This document shows positions 20,706-30,727 of a stretch of DNA of 64,000 nt, in pieces. A program made the translations under genes and the position numbers. This stretch comes from Bacteroidota bacterium (GTDB lineage: Bacteria; Bacteroidota; Bacteroidia; Bacteroidales; UBA7960), in contig REDJ01000063.1 of assembly GCA_007693555.1 (NCBI GenBank), positions 9,062 through 73,061 on the forward strand. Direction: 5' to 3'. Within the stretch, counting starts at the first letter, position 1. Every line of letters starts with the position of its first letter. Below the pieces are notes generated by a model, which was given only the letters and a program-made list of their open reading frames with translations, made no database searches and was not told the DNA's origin.

Positions 20706-21374
20706 TTAATGGATTTTTTTTGAACCGACAATGAGTCCGTCTTTTATGGTAAGTTTACGGTCGGCCATATCAGCAAGTTCATTATTGTGGGTAACTATTA
20801 CGAAGGTTTGTTCCAGTTTCTCTCTCAGGTCAAAAAAAAGTTTATGCAATTCCTGCGATGTCTCCGAATCCAGATTGCCGCTGGGCTCATCAGCAAGAAC
20901 CACTGCAGGGTCATTTATTAATGAGCGGGCTACGGCCACCCGCTGCTGCTCTCCACCGGAAAGCTCACCGGGTTTATGTTCCAGGCGATCTGCCAAACCC
21001 AGAAGCTTAAGTAAATTGCGGGCTTTTTCATAAACCTCTTTTGGTGGTCTCTTACCTATATAGCCGGGGATGCATACATTCTCAAGAGCAGTAAACTCCG
21101 GCAACAAATGGTGAAACTGAAACACAAATCCGATATTGCGATTGCGAAAAGCGGATAACTGCTTATCGTTGAGTCCTTTCAATTCAGTATTATTTATAAC
21201 CAGGGAACCTGAATCCGGCTTATCAAGAGTACCCATAATATGAAGCAGAGTAGTCTTTCCTGCGCCAGAAGCACCCACAATGGATACAATCTCACCTTTA
21301 TTGATTTGCAGATCTATTCCTTTTAATACCTGCAATGAGCCATAGGATTTTTTTATTTCCTCTACTGTGATCAT
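20706..21374 (-). CDS. ABC transporter ATP-binding protein, LolD/MacB-ATPase-like
   Basis: 222 aa with Walker [10 protein letters not shown], signature LSGGEQQR and Walker B VVLADEP. No permease gene lies next to it. Confidence 0.9.
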   Translation of the reverse strand: MITVEEIKKSYGSLQVLKGIDLQINKGEIVSIVGASGAGKTTLLHIMGTLDKPDSGSLVINNTELKGLNDKQLSAFRNRNIGFVFQFHHLLPEFTALENVCIPGYIGKRPPKEVYEKARNLLKLLGLADRLEHKPGELSGGEQQRVAVARSLINDPAVVLADEPSGNLDSETSQELHKLFFDLREKLEQTFVIVTHNNELADMADRKLTIKDGLIVGSKKIH

Positions 21375-21493
21375 TTTCTTTGTTTTATGCCCTTCTTAAA
21401 TATTGGTAATCAAAATAGTGTAAGATTTTTAGAGAAACCCTAATATACCAGGGAAATCCCATAAAAGGCCGAAGTTATCAAAATAATTGCTAA

Positions 21494-21772
21494 CTACCAT
21501 GAATTAGATTGGAGATTTGGTAACAGGAGAGTAACAGTATCTTTGTAATAAGGTTGAATTTCTTTTTGAAAAGGTTCAACAGGTTGTATCTGAAAAAACT
21601 CAGGATCAATCCAGCCGGGGATATCAGTAAGACTGTCAACAGGTTCAGCCACCTCTTCATAAACCATATCACTTTCCTTTACCAGAAATAGTTCTGTTAG
21701 CAGAAAAATACTTACAAAGCTGAAGGCAATACCAGCAAATGAAAAAAGTAAAAGATTCAGATTTCTTTTCAT
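21494..21772 (-). CDS. hypothetical small membrane-anchored protein
   Basis: 92 aa with an N-terminal hydrophobic segment NLLLFSFAGIAFSFVSIFLL. It starts 6 nt after the stop of the upstream OMP gene. No recognisable family. Confidence 0.45.
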   Translation of the reverse strand: MKRNLNLLLFSFAGIAFSFVSIFLLTELFLVKESDMVYEEVAEPVDSLTDIPGWIDPEFFQIQPVEPFQKEIQPYYKDTVTLLLPNLQSNSW

Positions 21773-21777
21773 ATAAA

Positions 21778-23148
21778 TCAGAAAAGGAAATTTAAACCAA
21801 TATATAAACCTCCTCCACCGTCCCTCCTATCGTAGGGTGTTCCATAATCAACTGCAACAATGAAGTTCTCATTCATTGCTATCCTGAAGCCTCCACCAAA
21901 GGTAACATGTAAAGTTTCCTTATCGGTTAGAAAGAAATCGTCAATTGAAACATCATCTAAAGGAAACTCTCCTATTGCATCAGGGCGATCAAATTCTATT
22001 TCTCTCAGTACCATGCCCATATCGCTGAAGGCATTTAATGCCAGGTAGATGTTCTGATTGAAAATCACTGTTCTCAGGAATTTCCATCGAAATTCAAAGT
22101 TTCCATAGGCCATTGCATCGCCTACTACCCTGTTTCTGCGCACACCCCTGATGGTTTTTGATCCACCCAGGCCATCCGTATTGGATGATGCAGAAAAGGA
22201 ATTGATCTGATAAGGTTGCATGAAAAATGGCACATTTCCTCCAATTGTTCCCTGGTAATTTAATCGGTATGCAAACGAGAGTATTTCATCTACCAGCGTG
22301 AAGTACTGACGGTGTGTGGCGGAAATTCTGCTGAAACCAAAATCACCATTTCCCAGAAAAGAAGGTGCTGCAAAAAATACCACCTCCGACCACATACCTT
22401 TCATGGGATTAGGCTCATTGTCTCGGGTATCGTAAACAATACCCAGTTTGATATTATTTGACCACCCACCATCACGTTCATTCTCGCCTATAAGTCCCCA
22501 TTCCACATATTTATCATAAAGACCGGGAACATCGGGCAGCTTATCATCTTCGTCCCTGCCATCGTTAAGAGCATCAATATCAACAGCGTCAACATTATTT
22601 CTCAAAATACCAAAGCCTGCAACCCATCGCAGTTGCCTTCCTGATAAAGTCCCCTGGAAGTCGGTTATAAACCTGAACATTTGCCTTTCATGACGATAAA
22701 ACATCCTTGATACATACAATTCATGCTCATCATTTTCCCAATCTGCATTAAATACTGCATTGTAGCCGTTAAAACCATAAAAATCAAGTGCTTTTTCGGT
22801 AAAATAACTCAGATCGGAAGTAACCCTGATATTGGGTATGAGGAATTCTGAATCATAAAACAACCTGTTTATTCCACTACCCTTTGTGTATCTGGAAATT
22901 TCGGCATAAATAGAATGCCTGTATTTGGGATAAGTAGTACCATCTCCAAAATAAAAGAAGTTTACCAATCCTCCGTATTGAAACCCCAGGTCAGTATTGT
23001 AGGAAACAGCAGGTAAAGCACCAAAAGTCCATCCGGTCTTTACGGGTTTTTCCTCCGTAGAATTGGTATCTGAAATTGCGTGTAAGCCTATAAAAAGCAA
23101 TACAAGCAGGCTGATTGAAGCTTTTGTATAAATATAGTTCTTTTCCAT
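21778..23148 (-). CDS. outer-membrane beta-barrel protein, Omp85/BamA-like without obvious POTRA repeats
   Basis: 456 aa with a signal-like N-terminus, amphipathic beta-strand pattern throughout and a C-terminal GLYIGLNFLF with terminal Phe. Confidence 0.6.
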   Translation of the reverse strand: MEKNYIYTKASISLLVLLFIGLHAISDTNSTEEKPVKTGWTFGALPAVSYNTDLGFQYGGLVNFFYFGDGTTYPKYRHSIYAEISRYTKGSGINRLFYDSEFLIPNIRVTSDLSYFTEKALDFYGFNGYNAVFNADWENDEHELYVSRMFYRHERQMFRFITDFQGTLSGRQLRWVAGFGILRNNVDAVDIDALNDGRDEDDKLPDVPGLYDKYVEWGLIGENERDGGWSNNIKLGIVYDTRDNEPNPMKGMWSEVVFFAAPSFLGNGDFGFSRISATHRQYFTLVDEILSFAYRLNYQGTIGGNVPFFMQPYQINSFSASSNTDGLGGSKTIRGVRRNRVVGDAMAYGNFEFRWKFLRTVIFNQNIYLALNAFSDMGMVLREIEFDRPDAIGEFPLDDVSIDDFFLTDKETLHVTFGGGFRIAMNENFIVAVDYGTPYDRRDGGGGLYIGLNFLF

Positions 23149-23388
23149 AATAAGTGTTTTTGAGGAAATAAAATTAAACCTTTTACATTAGATTTTATGT
23201 TTTTTTCACTGTTGTGCTGTAAAAAAATATTCACAAAACATCGTTCGAATACCCTAAGCTCCCCGGTAATGATCGTTTTAATATAATTTATCAGTACTGT
23301 CTGGTAAATCTTTCGAGATTTCTATAAAATTTTGAATATATCGTGAATAAATAATATATTGCTGAAAATTTAATGATATCAAATAGTA

Positions 23389-23892
23389 ATGAAAGAAGAA
23401 GGAAAATCAGGATTATTATTCAAGCTCATTCAAGCGTCTGCGGGAACTTACAGGCAATTTCAGGTTGCTTTCTGGGCACAAATCATTCTTGGATTTCTTT
23501 ATTCATTTGGCTATTTCGATGTAAAGATTGCAGGTTTTGTACTTGGATTTGTAATGCCTGTGCTTTGGATAACACTTACCTATCGTTATGTTCTGATAAA
23601 GGCCCGTGAAAATGTACGTTTACCTTTTCCAAAATGGATGCAAAAGAATCCCGGCAATACCCTGGTTATCGTAATTGACATTCTTTTCCTTGCTCTTATT
23701 TGGACCATTGTGCTTTCAGGTCTTTACGAAGCAATATGGGTTAAAGTAATTTTCACAATGGTCTTTCCGGTTCTTACCCTTTCCATGTTGCGAAATCTTG
23801 TCATCTATCCCTTTCCTGGCAAGGAAGAATCAGATGTAGAAAATACAGATGACATTTCAGAAAAAGAAAAAGAAAACCAGGATAAAGAATAA
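23389..23892 (+). CDS. hypothetical 4-TM membrane protein with acidic C-terminal tail
   Basis: 167 aa with four hydrophobic helices and the tail EESDVENTDDISEKEKENQDKE. No family recognised. Confidence 0.5.
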   Translation: MKEEGKSGLLFKLIQASAGTYRQFQVAFWAQIILGFLYSFGYFDVKIAGFVLGFVMPVLWITLTYRYVLIKARENVRLPFPKWMQKNPGNTLVIVIDILFLALIWTIVLSGLYEAIWVKVIFTMVFPVLTLSMLRNLVIYPFPGKEESDVENTDDISEKEKENQDKE

Positions 23893-24049
23893 TTTACTGC
23901 ACCGGATTCAAACGGGTCCTTTTATCCTTAGTAATTTAGATTGATTCCATATGCTTTTTTCATGATATTTCCATATTTTTTTCCGACTTTTGATGAATCA
24001 TTTAAACCAATTATCCCCAAAAAGATTTCAAACACAAAATCATTATATC

Positions 24050-24871
24050 ATGGAAATAGAAAAAATTTTTGAACGTTTCTGGGTACCTTATTCTACACAA
24101 AATCCTTCTGCAAAAAAAATTTATGATCTCTTTACAGAACAAGGTGAGAAAATAATTCACGACCACATCGCCTTGCGTACATTCAACGACCCCCGGATGA
24201 ATATTGATGTAATATCAAAAGTATTCACTGATAATGGTTATGAAGCAAAGGGTGAATATGAGTTCAAAGCAAAAAAAGTATTTGGAAGGCATTTTGAGCA
24301 CAAAACCGATGCCAATGCCCCTAAAGCTTTTATAAGCGAACTCCTGATTGATGAATTCAGCGATTACCTGCAATCCACTATTTATCAATACATCAACGAT
24401 GTGGGTGAAGAAGTATACCTGGATCCCGAGCTTGTTTATAAAGGTAGTATCTGGGGCAGAATCCCATTTGAGACTTACAACAAACTACGGGAAGAATCAG
24501 AGTATGCCGCATGGCTGCTTGTTTACGGCTTCAGGGCCAACCACTTCGCAATAAAAGTAAATGAGCTGAAAAATTTTAAATCACTTCAGGAGGTTAATGC
24601 ATTTGTAAAAAGCCATGGATATGTCATGAACACAGCCGCCGGTGAAATTTACGGAACACCTGAAGAGCTCCTTGAGCAGTCAGCAACCCGTGCCGGGATT
24701 ATGCCTTTTCAATTTACCGACGGTGTATTTGAAATTCCTGCCTGCTTTTATGAGTTTACACGCCGTTACAATGATGAAACCGGCAAACAGTATTCGGGTT
24801 TTATAGCTGCCAATGCCGATAAGATTTTTGAAAGCACCAATTTTTATAAGAAACAGGCAGATATGATGTAA
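24050..24871 (+). CDS. DUF1338-family protein (HglS/YdcJ-like 2-oxoadipate dioxygenase/decarboxylase)
   Basis: The N-terminal region MEIEKIFERFW...HDHIALRTFN is characteristic of DUF1338. ATG at 24050 is preferred to the track's TTG at 23990. Confidence 0.75.
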   Translation: MEIEKIFERFWVPYSTQNPSAKKIYDLFTEQGEKIIHDHIALRTFNDPRMNIDVISKVFTDNGYEAKGEYEFKAKKVFGRHFEHKTDANAPKAFISELLIDEFSDYLQSTIYQYINDVGEEVYLDPELVYKGSIWGRIPFETYNKLREESEYAAWLLVYGFRANHFAIKVNELKNFKSLQEVNAFVKSHGYVMNTAAGEIYGTPEELLEQSATRAGIMPFQFTDGVFEIPACFYEFTRRYNDETGKQYSGFIAANADKIFESTNFYKKQADMM

Positions 24872-24918
24872 AAAAGCGAACAATTGACCTTTTGAAGCAA
24901 TATGTTTTAACATAAATA

Positions 24919-27861
24919 ATGGATCCGCAATACTCTACTCCTGCACTTCAGGCACTGCAATCACATTTTGATGGTGATATTTTTACTGATATAAAAACCC
25001 GGCTGCTCTATGCTACCGATGCATCTGTTTACCGCGAAATTCCCATAGCAGTTTCCAGGCCCAAATCAGAAAAGGATATCAAAACCCTGATAAAATTTGC
25101 CCGGGAAAGCTCAATACCACTCATACCCAGAACTGCAGGAACATCTCTGGCCGGCCAGGTAGTTGGTCATGGGATGGTAGTAGATTTTTCCAAATATATG
25201 AATCGCATTCTTGAACTGAATGTCGATGAAAAATGGGTAAAAGTACAGCCCGGAGTTATACTTGATGAGTTGAATATATTTCTGAAACCCCATGGCTTAT
25301 TCTTTGGGCCGGAAACATCAACTTCCAACCGTTGTATGATAGGTGGAATGGTTGCAAATAACTCCTGCGGTGCACATTCACTGGTATATGGAAGCACCCG
25401 GGATCATACACTGGAACTTAAAGCCATACTCAGTGATGGCAGTGAAGCGGTTTTTGGTAATATATCAGGTGAGAATTTCCGCAAAAAATGTATTGGGAAT
25501 TCGCTGGAAAGTAAAGTGTATCAAAGCATTTTTCAGATACTCTCTGACAAAAGCAATCAAAGGGAAATCCTTGAACAATACCCCGAACCTCACATTCACC
25601 GGCGTAACACCGGTTACGCATTGGATCTGCTTCTTCAGAGCAGCATTTTTTCAGATACTGATGAAGAGTTTAATTTTTGCAAGCTACTGGCAGGAAGTGA
25701 AGGTAGTCTTGCCATATTTACTGAGATCAGACTGAATCTGGTAAGCCTGCCCCCACCGAATACAACATTGGTTTGTGTGCATACTCATTCCATTGAAGAA
25801 GCACTTCAGGCTAATCTGCTGGCCCTTGAGCACAAACCAGTGGCCGTAGAACTCATTGATAAAATCGTACTGGATTGCACAAAAACTAATATTACGCAAG
25901 CCAAAAACCGGTTTTTCCTCAAAGGAGAGCCTGAAGCAATACTTGTTGTTGAATTTGCTGAGCATACAGCTGAAGAAGTCGATAGAAAAACTTCTGCTAT
26001 GATCAAACAAATGCAGGCAAAAAGAATGGGTTATCATTACCCTGTGCTTACTGGTGGCGATATCGGCAAGGTCTGGGCACTGCGAAAAGCTGGACTGGGG
26101 TTGCTGAGCAATCTTCCCGGAGATGCCAAACCGGTTGCCGTTATTGAAGACACTGCAATACATGTAGAGGAATTACCTGGTTTTGTTGCAGACCTGCAAA
26201 TCATATTGGATAACATGAACCTGAAATGTGTGTATTATGCACACGTTGGCACAGGAGAAATCCATATCAGACCAATATTGAATCTTAAAAGCAAGGCAGA
26301 TGTGGAACGTTTTTACCAGATTGCACTGGAAACAGCCCACCTGGTTAAAAAATATAAGGGCTCACTAAGCGGAGAGCATGGAGATGGAAGACTCAGGGGA
26401 GAATTTATACCCCTGATGCTGGGTGAAAAAATCTATGCACTTTTAAAGGAAATCAAACAAACATGGGATCCTGAGAATATTTTGAACCCGGGCAAAATTG
26501 TGGATACTCCTTCTATGAAGCAATCGCTGCGGTATGAACCGGGAGTAAGCCCTCCCATACTGAACACTTATTTCAGGTATCCGGAAGCTGATGGCTTTTT
26601 GCGTGCCGTTGAAAAATGTAATGGCTCGGGCGATTGCCGCAAACCCCACACGATAAACGGTGTTATGTGCCCCTCTTACCATGCTACCACAAATGAACAT
26701 GATACTACAAGGGCACGAGCTAATATTCTCAGGGAATTCATTACCCATTCGGAAAAGAAAAACGCATTTGATCATCAGGAAATAAAAGATGTTCTTGATC
26801 TTTGTCTTTCCTGCAAGGCATGTAAATCAGAGTGCCCCTCTAATGTGGATATGGCCAAATATAAAGCTGAGTTTTTACAGCAATATTATGATGCTAATGG
26901 CATACCATTTCGTGCAAAGCTGATAGGTAGTTACAGCAACATGAACAAACTGGCAAGTGTATTTCCTGCTTTTTACAATTTTCTTACCTCCCGCAAATTT
27001 TTTTCATCGGTAATAAAATCTTTTTCAGGTTTTGCAAAAAAAAGAAGTTTGCCCCCTTTACAAAGACAAACCTGGAGAGCATGGGCCTCTAAAAACCTTA
27101 ATAAACTCAATGAGAAAGCAGATCCGGTGAAAAAGGTAGTAATGTTTTGTGATGAATTTACCAACTATAATGATTCGCAAACAGGTATAAATGCCTGTAT
27201 GCTGCTCAATCGATTGGGATATTACATTGAAATGCCTGCATTGAAAGAAAGCGCACGCGCAGCCATATCAAAAGGTCTGCTAAAAAAAGCAGCCAAAATA
27301 ACCAATTATAACATTGAAATTTTAATTCCTGTGGCAGAACAAAACATACCGGTTGTAGGTATTGAACCTTCTGCAATTCTTACACTCAGAGATGAATACA
27401 AAGACCTTTGCCAGGAGGAGTATGTTGATAAGGCCATTTTAATTTCAAAATTTGTGTATTGCTTTGATGAGTTTATATGCCGTGAAATGGATGCGGGAAG
27501 AGTACATTCTGATTATTTTACAGATTTTCCCGGAAAGATATACCTGCATGGCCATTGCCATCAGAAAGCCTTGTCATCTGTAAATTATACACTAAAAATG
27601 TTTTCACTTTTGCCAAACAAAGAAGTAAAGGAACTGGAGTGTGGCTGTTGCGGTATGGCAGGGTCTTTCGGTTATGAAAAGGAACACTATGATTTAAGTA
27701 TGGCTATTGGAGAACTGAAGCTATTCCCCGCTGTGCGCTCCGCAGAAAAAGAGGCAATTATTGCAGCACCGGGCACCAGTTGCCGGCATCAAATACTGGA
27801 TGGAACAGGGAGGCAAAGCCTGCATCCTGTTGATGTATTATGGATGGCAATAAAAACCTGA
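24919..27861 (+). CDS. FAD-binding oxidase fused to 4Fe-4S and CCG (Cys-rich) domains, YdiJ-like (putative D-2-hydroxyglutarate dehydrogenase)
   Basis: 980 aa with an FAD_binding_4-type N-terminus (PRTAGTSLAGQ). Ferredoxin-type motifs are CNGSGDCRK...CPS and CLSCKACKSECPS. C-terminal Cys-rich repeats include ECGCCGMAGSFGY. Confidence 0.8.
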   Translation: MDPQYSTPALQALQSHFDGDIFTDIKTRLLYATDASVYREIPIAVSRPKSEKDIKTLIKFARESSIPLIPRTAGTSLAGQVVGHGMVVDFSKYMNRILELNVDEKWVKVQPGVILDELNIFLKPHGLFFGPETSTSNRCMIGGMVANNSCGAHSLVYGSTRDHTLELKAILSDGSEAVFGNISGENFRKKCIGNSLESKVYQSIFQILSDKSNQREILEQYPEPHIHRRNTGYALDLLLQSSIFSDTDEEFNFCKLLAGSEGSLAIFTEIRLNLVSLPPPNTTLVCVHTHSIEEALQANLLALEHKPVAVELIDKIVLDCTKTNITQAKNRFFLKGEPEAILVVEFAEHTAEEVDRKTSAMIKQMQAKRMGYHYPVLTGGDIGKVWALRKAGLGLLSNLPGDAKPVAVIEDTAIHVEELPGFVADLQIILDNMNLKCVYYAHVGTGEIHIRPILNLKSKADVERFYQIALETAHLVKKYKGSLSGEHGDGRLRGEFIPLMLGEKIYALLKEIKQTWDPENILNPGKIVDTPSMKQSLRYEPGVSPPILNTYFRYPEADGFLRAVEKCNGSGDCRKPHTINGVMCPSYHATTNEHDTTRARANILREFITHSEKKNAFDHQEIKDVLDLCLSCKACKSECPSNVDMAKYKAEFLQQYYDANGIPFRAKLIGSYSNMNKLASVFPAFYNFLTSRKFFSSVIKSFSGFAKKRSLPPLQRQTWRAWASKNLNKLNEKADPVKKVVMFCDEFTNYNDSQTGINACMLLNRLGYYIEMPALKESARAAISKGLLKKAAKITNYNIEILIPVAEQNIPVVGIEPSAILTLRDEYKDLCQEEYVDKAILISKFVYCFDEFICREMDAGRVHSDYFTDFPGKIYLHGHCHQKALSSVNYTLKMFSLLPNKEVKELECGCCGMAGSFGYEKEHYDLSMAIGELKLFPAVRSAEKEAIIAAPGTSCRHQILDGTGRQSLHPVDVLWMAIKT

Positions 27862-27892
27862 GGAAACTATAGTCTTTAACACCCCAACCGCA

Positions 27893-29131
27893 TCAGCATT
27901 TTTTATAGACCAAAGAAACCAGGGTTTTGTCATCTCCCCCCATATTTACGCTCAATCCATAAGGTCTGTCACGTGGTATCTTGATCTGGGCAGCACCTGC
28001 TTTTTGGGTAAGTTGCTCCCATATGGTAACAGCCTGGTGCACTCCTGTAGCACCTGTGGGGTGTCCCCATCCTATAAGGCCTCCGGTGGTATTAAAAGGC
28101 ACTTTGCCATCGCGGGCTGTATTGCCCTGTAAAATGAAATCGGGGCCCCTGCCGGTAGTTGCAAACCCTATTGCTTCTACCGCCATGACAGCAGCAATAG
28201 TAAAGCAATCATGGCATTCTACTGTGGCAAGTTGCTGAATGTTTATTCCGGCCATTTTCAAGGCTTTTTTTACCACCTGTTCCGTTGTAGAAAGCCAAAC
28301 GGGATTTTCAGGAGCTTTGGTAAGGTCATACTCTGCCTGGCCAACTCCAATCAATTCTACAGCATCCTGCTTACTGATGCCACAGCGCTGCAATCCTTCT
28401 TCGGATACCACAGCAATGGCGGAGGCTCCGTCTGAAACTTTTGAACAATCATAGACATTAAGATGATCAACAAAAACATTGGGATTGGGGGGAGTAAAGG
28501 CAAGGCTTTCCAGATCTTCAACTTTATTTTCAAATTCCTGGGCAGTAGGACAAAGCCGTGCATTTTCTATGGCATTACGGTACCACATGGCCATTGCCTG
28601 CCGCGCTTTTTCTTTTCCATAACTGGCAAAATATGCTCCGGCCCTGTCGCTGAATTTTCCGGGGAAGAAATGTGCATGACCTTTTTTACGCTCTTTATAC
28701 CATCCCGCAGCCGAAAGAATATCTGCTCCATAAACAGCTTTTACCGAATTCTGAACCTCAACACCTAAAACCAAAACCACCTGAGCAGTTTCTGCCAGAA
28801 TGGATTTAATGCCTGTGACTAGTCCAAGGCCGCCTGTGGCACAGGCACCCTCTACTCTCACTGCAGGTTTATATGTAAGACCAGGGTCAATATATGGAAA
28901 GAACGCGGCCAGGTTGGCCTGTTTGTTATAACGGGAGGAAATAAAATTTGCTATTACGCATTCATCCACATTGTCAGCACCTCCAATCTGACTTAATACA
29001 TTTTCGCCGGCTTCTTTGATATAATCTTCCAGGCCGGGACGGGGCTTCCTGGGATGAAACTCTTTGCGGCCGGTTCCCATAGATATGGTATTATAACCTG
29101 CTACAAGGAAAACTTTTTTTCGCATTTGCAT
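27893..29131 (-). CDS. thiolase-family protein (SCP-x / nonspecific lipid-transfer-type thiolase-like)
   Basis: Thiolase fold with an active-site-type Cys in VEGACATGGLGL and C-terminal motifs ECHDCFT and GHPTGATG. ATG at 29131 (MQMRKKVFLVAG) is preferred to the longer track start at 29203. Confidence 0.8.
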   Translation of the reverse strand: MQMRKKVFLVAGYNTISMGTGRKEFHPRKPRPGLEDYIKEAGENVLSQIGGADNVDECVIANFISSRYNKQANLAAFFPYIDPGLTYKPAVRVEGACATGGLGLVTGIKSILAETAQVVLVLGVEVQNSVKAVYGADILSAAGWYKERKKGHAHFFPGKFSDRAGAYFASYGKEKARQAMAMWYRNAIENARLCPTAQEFENKVEDLESLAFTPPNPNVFVDHLNVYDCSKVSDGASAIAVVSEEGLQRCGISKQDAVELIGVGQAEYDLTKAPENPVWLSTTEQVVKKALKMAGINIQQLATVECHDCFTIAAVMAVEAIGFATTGRGPDFILQGNTARDGKVPFNTTGGLIGWGHPTGATGVHQAVTIWEQLTQKAGAAQIKIPRDRPYGLSVNMGGDDKTLVSLVYKKC

Positions 29132-29189
29132 ATCGGAGTTATTTTCAGGGGTTTTCGAAAAAGATATAGTCAATTGATTCATTTTAATT

Positions 29190-30530
29190 TCAGAAATAAT
29201 CATTTACAGGACCATATGCATGATGAAAACCATGAATAAGCACTGCATTTACATCATCAAACCTAAGGGCTACCTTTTCTTTCACCAGGTTGCTACCGAT
29301 TTCCTTGAATTTTTGAACATACTGCCATGCAATCCTGGCACCGGGATTTTTTAATTCCTTTAGCTGGTTAAAGTACATCCTAAGCAAATCATTTTTTTCC
29401 GGATGCCTGATCATTTTTTTCCAGGGCAGCCACTTGGAGGGCAAATTACCCAGATGTTCATCACAGGTTTCAGAAAATTCAGAAATGTCAAGATAACGTT
29501 TCTTGCCTGGGTCAAATACAGCCTTTAAATTACCTTCTTCATATTTAAAAAAGCCGTCCCTCTGCTTACCAGTTGCAAACTGACCTCCCTTTATTCCATT
29601 ATTCAAATGACTATCAATGAGTTGAGAATGGATATTTTCCTTCGTAATATGTGGATTCATTACCGACATTATGAACTGCACAACATCAATACCCACATAA
29701 TCAACCAGCTGAAAAATTCCCATAGGTCTTATAAGAAAATCCTGACTGATTTTATTTATCATATATAAAGACTCTGCATAAGAAAATTCTTCCTGTTCCT
29801 GTAAATTTTTTACCAGTTGTTCGGCAAATAGAATATCGCGCATAAAGTATCCATTCCCGATAAACCCAGCCACATCATATGCCCAAACATACGTCTTACC
29901 AACATTTTTAATAAAATCATTCACAAAATAAGAAAGTTCCGGTCGGGTATTCTCTGTTTTTACTACTTCTATAAGCTTTTGAACTGCCGGCGGATTATAA
30001 AAATGTACGCCCATAATCCTGCCATCCAGATTGGCTTGTTCATCAAGAGTAGAAATGGGGATGGCGGAAGTATTTGTGAAAAACCAGGGCAGGTTTTTGT
30101 TGTTTTTGTTAATTGTTGACATCAATTGTATCTTGAGATCGGGATTTTCGCTGACTGCCTCAAAAATAACATGCGACTCAAAAGCAGATTCAATTCGCGT
30201 AACAGGTCTGATGAAGCTTAAAACATCATGTGCATATTGTCTGATGATGTCTTCATTATCTATCAGGTCAGTTCTGTCACTGTAAACTTTTCGCAGGCTG
30301 ACTATATTTTTTTCAGCAAATCTCCAGGCCTGTGTGCGTATATAGGATAACAATCCGGACAATGCTTCATGTGATGTATCCAAAGCATAAAGCACAAAAT
30401 GCCTGTTTTTATTTGCCGGCAAAAATTTCTGCCTTGCCATTTCTGTTGCTGTAAGATACAGGATACCGCTTCCCATCTTTCCGGCAGCACCCATTACAGT
30501 TACATTGGTAAGCTTATCTTCATACTTCAT
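29190..30530 (-). CDS. 3-hydroxyacyl-CoA dehydrogenase family protein
   Basis: Rossmann motif VTVMGAAGKMGSGI and the 3HCDH-like core HFYNPP. ATG at 30530 (MKYEDKL) is preferred to the track's TTG at 30590. Confidence 0.75.
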   Translation of the reverse strand: MKYEDKLTNVTVMGAAGKMGSGILYLTATEMARQKFLPANKNRHFVLYALDTSHEALSGLLSYIRTQAWRFAEKNIVSLRKVYSDRTDLIDNEDIIRQYAHDVLSFIRPVTRIESAFESHVIFEAVSENPDLKIQLMSTINKNNKNLPWFFTNTSAIPISTLDEQANLDGRIMGVHFYNPPAVQKLIEVVKTENTRPELSYFVNDFIKNVGKTYVWAYDVAGFIGNGYFMRDILFAEQLVKNLQEQEEFSYAESLYMINKISQDFLIRPMGIFQLVDYVGIDVVQFIMSVMNPHITKENIHSQLIDSHLNNGIKGGQFATGKQRDGFFKYEEGNLKAVFDPGKKRYLDISEFSETCDEHLGNLPSKWLPWKKMIRHPEKNDLLRMYFNQLKELKNPGARIAWQYVQKFKEIGSNLVKEKVALRFDDVNAVLIHGFHHAYGPVNDYF

Positions 30531-30727
30531 GTCATTGTTTAATTGATTGGTTTTTATTGTTTTCAACTCATAAAGATAAAGTAATTGCAATTATTTTCAA
30601 ATATTGCTTTCGAATTTGTATTTTCAATTGGGATGTGAAATTTACCACCTGAGCTGCTCTTTATTGATAACAGATTGCTTACCTTTGCCCGCAAGGGAAA
30701 AAACAAACCAGTAATTGATAATTTCAG

